A model generated the notes under the pieces. The model was given only the letters and a program-made list of their open reading frames with translations, was not told the origin of the DNA and did not search any database. From an uncultured Gammaproteobacteria bacterium (lineage in GTDB: Bacteria; Patescibacteriota; Microgenomatia; CAYXHB01; CAZYTL01): a stretch of DNA of 64,000 nucleotides. Each line of letters begins with the position of its first letter. Within the stretch, counting starts at the first letter, position 1. The translations under genes and the position numbers were made by a program. Below are positions 58,689 to 64,000 of the stretch, piece after piece. The stretch covers positions 3,912 through 67,911 of the forward strand of contig CAZYTL010000004.1 in NCBI GenBank assembly GCA_964650355.1, given 5' to 3'.

Positions 58689-59720
58689 TTAATCAACCAA
58701 TTCAGCTACCTCTCTGGCAATCTGTCTTCGATGTCTGCCATTCTCACTAAAATCATGATCATTTCCATCCACAAAAATCAGGGGGCCTCTCTCTAACAAT
58801 GCTTCCCCTAATCCCGCAAACTGGATATACATAAACAACAAATACTCAAACGACATATCTTGCTCAAAATCACGATATCTCTCTCTTATCCGCTCACGTA
58901 AGTTATCTAAGTGAACATGATTGAAAATAGACAACCCAATTTCTCTTCCTCTGGGCAAATAACCACGCAGCTGATCAGACGCTGTTTGATAAACCAGCGC
59001 ATTAATATGACCTGTCTGTCCCAAAAAATCTAATTGCCCCATACAAAAAGCCCAATCTTGGACCATAATTGGCTCCTCGCCAGCCCGCAGATTTTCATTC
59101 TCCCGCATTGCTTCAATGCCGTCTAAGCGCATATCAAATTTCCTGTCTAAAAACCATAATTGTGAACCAATCTGATGCTCCAACAAAACGCTCATTCCTG
59201 GATAGTCCCTACCATTCCCGGCTTGTTGCCAATTCACAAAACTTTTCATGTCGTTATAAAAAGGGGCCAAACAATCATTTCCCTCGGTTCCTTCCAATCC
59301 AAAGCGAAACCCATCCACCTCATTCAAACATCGGGCCAATGACGATTTGCCTGACCCTCTATGACCAACAATTCCCAATACCTCAATCCTGTCCCTATCT
59401 TCACGCCCATCTTGAAAAATTTCTCTGGCTCGCAACACTTTCGCATCTAAGCTTCTTACTATATTAGAGGCCACAAATTCCTCCAAATTGACACCCAGAT
59501 CTTGAGATACCGCCTCAGAAACAGTTCGATCGTTCCACCCACTCGGTCTATCTAAACCACGCCTAAATCGTTCCCCTCTCCCTGCCAAATAGTATTCTTT
59601 ATCAAAATTAGGATCGTATCTTAAAATATCGTCCCAAACATAATCAGGCAAGTGTCCGCCTTTCTCGATCCTCTGTACACCATTCATCATATCGTCAATC
59701 AAAGCAAGAGAACTTATCAC
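58689..59720 (-). CDS. P-loop NTPase of unknown function
   Basis: Walker A GIVGHRGSGKSSL. 343 aa, with a ~110-aa N-terminal extension. Confidence 0.5.
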   Translation of the reverse strand: MISSLALIDDMMNGVQRIEKGGHLPDYVWDDILRYDPNFDKEYYLAGRGERFRRGLDRPSGWNDRTVSEAVSQDLGVNLEEFVASNIVRSLDAKVLRAREIFQDGREDRDRIEVLGIVGHRGSGKSSLARCLNEVDGFRFGLEGTEGNDCLAPFYNDMKSFVNWQQAGNGRDYPGMSVLLEHQIGSQLWFLDRKFDMRLDGIEAMRENENLRAGEEPIMVQDWAFCMGQLDFLGQTGHINALVYQTASDQLRGYLPRGREIGLSIFNHVHLDNLRERIRERYRDFEQDMSFEYLLFMYIQFAGLGEALLERGPLIFVDGNDHDFSENGRHRRQIAREVAELVD

Positions 59721-59801
59721 TTAAAAATTTTTCTCTTCCCAATATAAAGCACCTCGCTCCCAATTTTCAAACCCCAAAATTCCTATCCTTCCGATCTTTT
59801 A

Positions 59802-60557
59802 CTACCCCGCCCTCGGATTCGTTACCAGCGCCTCCAGCATCATCGCGTTGTCCACCGCATATCCTTGGGCATCATTATTAAAATAAGCATAAACGTCTTT
59901 ACCTTCACTTAGCCACTTGCGAATCTTCTTCGCCCACATCTCCAACTCCTCGTCACTATAACTCGAAGCATACAAACCTGCTGGACCATGAAACCTCAAA
60001 TACACAAACACCGCTGTCACCACCTCTACGCCAGGCCACTTTCCTCCCGAATCCGCCATACACAAACCCGTGTGATTTTTTCTTAACAGATCATAAACCT
60101 CTTCGTTAAACCAACTTTCATCCCGAAATTCAAACGCATGTTTCACCTTACTAGCAACAGACTGCTCCTTTAAAAAATTTCCAAAATTCTCTAATCGCTC
60201 TAGATCAACCCGGAAACTTCCTGGCAACTGCCATAACACCACCCCCAATTTCTCTTTTAACTCCCGCGCTCCCTCAAAGAACCTCTCCACCGCCTCTTCA
60301 CAATCTTTTAATTTCTTCTGATGACTAATAAACCGACTCCCCTTAATCGCAAACCTGAAATCCTCAGGCGTCTCCTCATACCACTTTTTGAAAGTGGCTT
60401 CTTTCACCAACCGGTAAAAAGTCACATTCAACTCCACCGAATTAAACTGCGTGGCATAATATTCAAACCACTTGCTCTTAGCTAAACCAGCAGGATAAAA
60501 CCCCTCACGCCAGTGATCATAACTAAACCCGCTTGTCCCAATATACAATCTCCCCAT
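59802..60557 (-). CDS. DUF72 (YecE-like) family protein
   Basis: LYIGTSGFSYDHW, FNSVELNVTFYR, and LGVVLWQLP blocks. Confidence 0.8.
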   Translation of the reverse strand: MGRLYIGTSGFSYDHWREGFYPAGLAKSKWFEYYATQFNSVELNVTFYRLVKEATFKKWYEETPEDFRFAIKGSRFISHQKKLKDCEEAVERFFEGARELKEKLGVVLWQLPGSFRVDLERLENFGNFLKEQSVASKVKHAFEFRDESWFNEEVYDLLRKNHTGLCMADSGGKWPGVEVVTAVFVYLRFHGPAGLYASSYSDEELEMWAKKIRKWLSEGKDVYAYFNNDAQGYAVDNAMMLEALVTNPRAG

Positions 60558-60788
60558 CTCGTAACTATTCTATAGGGAAACTATTTAGAAATCAGGTGTC
60601 ATTGCGAACGTTGAATCTACCTTTATACTTACAATTCGATTCAACTTGAAGCAATCCCGTAGGAATTAAGCACCTACTTTCTAACTGGTTTATCTATATC
60701 TCTTATATCTTATACTTGTACTTGTATTTTAACCGCCCCCCGCCAACCTTCTACTCCCAACACCTAGATATTTTTTACCCCATAGTAG

Positions 60789-60817
60789 TTGACAAAATCG
60801 CTAGTTTAAATTAAAAT
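60789..60817 (+). promoter_or_regulatory. sigma70-like promoter (TTGACA-17 bp-TAAAAT)
   Basis: TTGACA at 60789-60794 and TAAAAT at 60812-60817, in an AT-rich stretch immediately before a GC-rich, ORF-poor segment. Confidence 0.35.
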
Positions 60818-61079
60818 ATATAATCATTGGCAAAGGGGCAAGGGTAGCATCCGCGCTACCCAATCAACCTTGCCCAACGCTCTTTAACAAGGCAGCAGGC
60901 AGTTTATCTCGGGGTTAACAGGTTCTGTGGGGACTTTGATTCCGGCAGTCTTGCAAGCGGATAAATCATCTCTTTATCTCTTTCCATGATTGCCGGAACC
61001 AACCAGGATCCGGCAAAAAAACTTTCATTCCCGGCCAGTCGCCCTCGGACTGGCCACCCTGCATCGAGGAGGTGCAACT

Positions 61080-61235
61080 ATGTCTTTCAAGAAAGTTTTG
61101 TTCGTCACCCTGACCCTCGCAGCCCTTCTGGCCCTCGTACCGACGGCCGCCCTGGCCGCTCCCCCGACCGATCCCCCCCCAGCCACGCAACAACCCGAAA
61201 ATCGGGTGCGTCTACACAAGCGGCGACTCGACTGA
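61080..61235 (+). CDS. small signal-peptide ORF (51 aa), possibly the N-terminal part of a frameshifted ~100-aa secreted protein
   Basis: GGAGG sits 6 nt before the ATG. MSFKKVLFVTLTLAALLALVPTAALA|APPTDPPPATQQPEN... is a classic n/h/c-region signal peptide with an AxA cleavage site. Confidence 0.4.
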   Translation: MSFKKVLFVTLTLAALLALVPTAALAAPPTDPPPATQQPENRVRLHKRRLD

Positions 61236-61242
61236 GGGCCAT

Positions 61243-61398
61243 ATGGGGATGTATAACTACACATCCGCATACTGTGCGCCGAGAACGGGGAAATCGGGGA
61301 GATGGGTCCTCCAGACGCAATACTACCAGGGAAAAACGTTCGACGGCCATTCCATCCGTGATCAAGGGGGGCTCTACAACGGCAGGACCCCCTACTAA
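61243..61398 (+). CDS. second small ORF (52 aa), candidate continuation of the signal-peptide ORF in the +1 frame
   Basis: MGMYNYTSAYCAPRTGKSGRWVLQTQYYQGKTFDGHSIRDQGGLYNGRTPY*. The +1 frame is open back to ~61195 (A4 run), and a strong hairpin follows the stop. Confidence 0.25.
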   Translation: MGMYNYTSAYCAPRTGKSGRWVLQTQYYQGKTFDGHSIRDQGGLYNGRTPY

Positions 61399-61405
61399 CC
61401 AAATA

Positions 61406-61441
61406 GACGAAGGCTCCAATTGGAGCCTTCGTCTCCCCTTA
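61406..61441 (+). terminator. hairpin terminator (12-bp stem, 4-nt loop) with weak U-tract
   Basis: gacgaaggctcc-aatt-ggagccttcgtc followed by tcccctt. Confidence 0.4.
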
Positions 61442-61661
61442 AAACTGGCACCACGACATTGTGCCAGAAAAACTGTGAATCAACCAACTTGCCTGCTGCC
61501 TTTCTTTCCTATCAAGAACACCAAATCCTCAGAAACCTAATCAACCACCGTCGGCAATCGAGGCTACCTCATACCTCATTAACCTCTAACTCTAAATTCT
61601 TCTTCTTCTATCTTCCACAAACAAAAAATGCTACTCTGTTATTAAGACTCCATCTCCCATC

Positions 61662-61988
61662 ATGTCCCCATCAAAATCCCAGCCTGCCACTCCTTCTAAC
61701 CCTCAAATTCTTCACTATGTTGCCGGAACTATTCTTTTCATTCTCTACGTAGGCTTCAACTTCATTCTTCAGGATCTCTCTATGCAGGCACCGCAATCCC
61801 TCTTCGCTCGATTTTTTTCCTCGGCCTTCTTTCCTATCCAATTCGTGGTCGTTCTCGCTATCTACCTCATCCTAAGAAAGAAATCCCCTCACCTGGCTTA
61901 CGGATTCCTGGCCGGACTTTTTACTTTGATTCTCTTCTTTGTCGATATCATAGTTGAACTAACTATCCATCCTCCTGACGAACCTTAA
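61662..61988 (+). CDS. small membrane protein (3 TM)
   Basis: Hydrophobic helices (GTILFILYVGFNFIL; FFPIQFVVVLAIYLIL; GFLAGLFTLILFFVDIIV). Confidence 0.4.
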   Translation: MSPSKSQPATPSNPQILHYVAGTILFILYVGFNFILQDLSMQAPQSLFARFFSSAFFPIQFVVVLAIYLILRKKSPHLAYGFLAGLFTLILFFVDIIVELTIHPPDEP

Positions 61989-61994
61989 CTAACT

Positions 61995-62186
61995 ATGAAC
62001 ATCCTTATTTCTACCCTCAAAGTCATCTCTATCTTCATCGTGGTCGGTTCACTCCACGCCGGTGCTTACGCCCTCTGCAGTTATCTGCTGGGCGAGCCTT
62101 CATCCGTCTCAGTCTTTTTTATTCCCTTGCTTCCCTTTTACCTCATCTCCGCTTATCTCATCCTCAAATTACCGACCCTAAAGTAA
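61995..62186 (+). CDS. small membrane protein (2 TM)
   Basis: ISIFIVVGSLHAGAYALCSYLL and FFIPLLPFYLISAYLIL. Lies 7 nt after the previous gene. Confidence 0.35.
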   Translation: MNILISTLKVISIFIVVGSLHAGAYALCSYLLGEPSSVSVFFIPLLPFYLISAYLILKLPTLK

Positions 62187-63053
62187 TAACCACCCATACC
62201 ATCCCAATAACAAGTAGCCCCCTACCCTGACTGTCAATTTCTGTGATAACAGCTTCGGATTCCACACCACCATCGTTTGAGCAATTACCAACAACCCAGC
62301 CCATCCTCCCCATCCCAGCCATCCATTAACTTGCCCTTTCATCAAATACCAACTCACACCCGAACAAACCAAACCCAGTCCCCAACTCAATATCACCAAC
62401 CTCTTCACGCCCCACACCACTGCTAACGTTCGCTTCCCGTATTTCCGGTCACCCTTGATATCCTTCACATCTGCGTACAGCATCCAAGCCCCGTAAACCA
62501 TCGATAAACTCATCAATACCCCGATCAAATTCAAATTCCAGTTCTGTAATCCCATCATCCCTGGCACCAACGCATAACCCAGCACCATCACCCCGATTTT
62601 TCCCATTGGTCTATGAGCCAGCTTTCCCCGCGAATAAACCCATCCCAGAATCAACAAAATCAAGGTGCCCCCCACCCACCACCACCTTTCTTCCATCATC
62701 ATCGCTAATCCCAAACTTAGTCCCCCACATCCCCCAGCCAGCCATTTCGCCGCCCTTGCTCCTATTCGGTTGCTTAACAAAGGATTCTTCCGTCGATTAA
62801 CCCGATCAATTTCTATATCGTCAACAAAATTCAGCGCTGAGGCCCATCCGTAAGCCAGCACCAATATCAACCCTCCCCATAACAACTGACTATCAAACTT
62901 CAATCTTCCGTCCAGCCTTAAACCTAACAGCCAAAAAATAATCATGCTCCTCCCGTTATATATCCTCAACAAAGCCATACATTGTTTCAGCCATCCTCTC
63001 ACTTGTTGCTGAAAAATCCAAAACTCTCTCATTACATCATCATATACTGCCAC
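62178..63053 (-). CDS. UbiA family prenyltransferase
   Basis: NFVDDIEIDRVN (NxxxDxxxD) and YADVKDIKGDRKYG (second Asp-rich motif). About 8 TM. Confidence 0.7.
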   Translation of the reverse strand: MAVYDDVMREFWIFQQQVRGWLKQCMALLRIYNGRSMIIFWLLGLRLDGRLKFDSQLLWGGLILVLAYGWASALNFVDDIEIDRVNRRKNPLLSNRIGARAAKWLAGGCGGLSLGLAMMMEERWWWVGGTLILLILGWVYSRGKLAHRPMGKIGVMVLGYALVPGMMGLQNWNLNLIGVLMSLSMVYGAWMLYADVKDIKGDRKYGKRTLAVVWGVKRLVILSWGLGLVCSGVSWYLMKGQVNGWLGWGGWAGLLVIAQTMVVWNPKLLSQKLTVRVGGYLLLGWYGWLLL

Positions 63054-63148
63054 AATTCTCCTTTGCCAACCACCACAGCAAAAACAACGACTCCCATTCT
63101 CTATTATCTAACCACATTTTCCGCTCCACATCCTCACTACTCATCCAA

Positions 63149-63454
63149 TCAATCTCTGAAAGAAAACACTACATATCCCGGATCTACCCCTTCCACACCC
63201 GCCCTTAAACACGCCTGACACTCTACTCTCATTCGTCTCACATTATCAGTCTCGACTTCTTTTAAAGCACCACCATACCTAGGGATCCATTCCCGGACTG
63301 TATTCCGAAGCAAAGTACCTTTCCGCGGACTGGTGGTCAAAACATCATCCTCAAACTGAGTCTTAAAACATTTCCCCACTCCCGGACAAACTTCAATCCT
63401 TCCGTCAACATACCGGCTACATCTTTTGGAACTTTCTAAAGTCACAATTGGCAT
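63149..63454 (-). CDS. hypothetical Cys-containing protein, 101 aa
   Basis: C-x-x...C...C and CQAC motifs. Confidence 0.35.
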   Translation of the reverse strand: MPIVTLESSKRCSRYVDGRIEVCPGVGKCFKTQFEDDVLTTSPRKGTLLRNTVREWIPRYGGALKEVETDNVRRMRVECQACLRAGVEGVDPGYVVFSFRD

Positions 63455-63548
63455 AACACCTATACTTATAGTTTACTCCAGATATCCAAATTCCACCTCC
63501 TTCTAAGTCATCTTTCCTACCAAAAGCTTTCTTCGTCACCGATTCCCG

Positions 63549-63986
63549 CTACCCCTTAAACGCATACTTTTCGCCCGCCGGAATTTTCGTCAATATATCG
63601 TTCCAGTCCCCCAAATCTCCAGGCCAACCTTCATCTCCCGGCTGCTTACCTTTGGGAAGTGCTTCCTTAATATTACCGGGCAACGACTCCACTCCGGGTA
63701 TTACTTCCACTCCTTCAAGTTGGTCTTTAATCTGCTCGGTCAGTTTTCTTTGCGCAGCTTGCCCCGGTCCATCTAAATCCATGGCCAAAACTATCGTCTT
63801 AAAGGGATAGTAGTGTCGTAGAAAAGCCATCAATGCCGGATTATCGCAAGCACCAATCGCCACTGTTGCATACCGCACTGCAGGCACTAACAATTCATAA
63901 CTCCAGGCAGACAGTGGCCCTTCACACAAAACCAGTCTCCCATCTTCTGCTCCTACTTCCAACCGCCACTGATCCGGGTCTCTCAT
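63549..63986 (-). CDS. Toprim-domain protein (DnaG-like primase fold), possibly N-terminally truncated by the window edge
   Basis: ...TIVLAMDLDGPGQAAQRKL resembles the Toprim DxD motif. The frame is open upstream to the window end. Confidence 0.45.
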   Translation of the reverse strand: MRDPDQWRLEVGAEDGRLVLCEGPLSAWSYELLVPAVRYATVAIGACDNPALMAFLRHYYPFKTIVLAMDLDGPGQAAQRKLTEQIKDQLEGVEVIPGVESLPGNIKEALPKGKQPGDEGWPGDLGDWNDILTKIPAGEKYAFKG

Positions 63987-64000
63987 CGCAAACCCAGCAG

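Noticed and set aside
60825-61440. Whether the GC-rich segment is tmRNA, RNase P RNA, 6S RNA or SRP RNA.
   Set aside because: No tmRNA 5' GGGG...CGACGGG or 3' T-arm/CCA motif is present. No RNase P P4 GGAAAGUCCGG motif is present. SRP domain IV is not recognisable. It is kept only as an unclassified structured leader.
60966-61540. Long ORFs in the GC-rich segment (60986..61540 +, 61025..61402 -, 61105..61419 -, 60966..61193 -).
   Set aside because: They have R/P/G/S-rich junk composition and lack starts with an SD. They are better explained as non-coding leader plus two short genuine mini-ORFs.

Overview
This window is a gene-dense bacterial chromosomal segment of about 70 protein-coding genes, mostly on the minus strand. 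I found no rRNA, tRNA, CRISPR array, transposase or integrase. Base composition is heterogeneous: the first ~3.8 kb is visibly AT-rich and carries a BrnT/BrnA-like toxin-antitoxin pair, a HEPN-like protein and large unknown proteins, while the rest is higher in GC. Secreted, membrane and envelope-biogenesis functions dominate the content. These include GT4, GT2, GT-C and CE4 enzymes, a TolB/PKD beta-propeller protein, a secreted HExxH metalloprotease, a P-type ATPase, an orphan sensor kinase and a VKOR-family protein. Housekeeping genes present include ksgA, an NMNAT, a NUDIX hydrolase, SDRs, an AKR and a DUF72 protein. The most unusual observations are the following. (1) A GC-rich locus at ~60.8-61.4 kb with no long ORF contains a sigma70-like promoter, a ~250-nt structured leader, a strongly SD-initiated signal-peptide mini-ORF that may be frameshift-fused to a second small ORF, and a 12-bp-stem terminator, followed by two small membrane proteins; this looks like a secreted-peptide or bacteriocin-like locus. 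(2) A MacAB-type exporter operon has an ABC ATPase carrying a C-terminal cNMP-binding (CAP_ED) domain, next to a Crp/Fnr regulator and an AKR. (3) Two independent cases show ~90-110 bp direct repeats, each a partial duplication of a neighbouring gene end, flanking a single inserted gene: the metalloprotease and a 482-aa unknown protein. (4) A B12-binding radical SAM enzyme is followed by a zinc-ribbon mini-protein, the protease and a translationally coupled 58-aa Pro-rich membrane peptide that is absent from the ORF track. (5) Three apparent frameshift-split genes occur at homopolymer runs. All functional calls rest on motif recognition by eye and need confirmation by HMM or BLAST.
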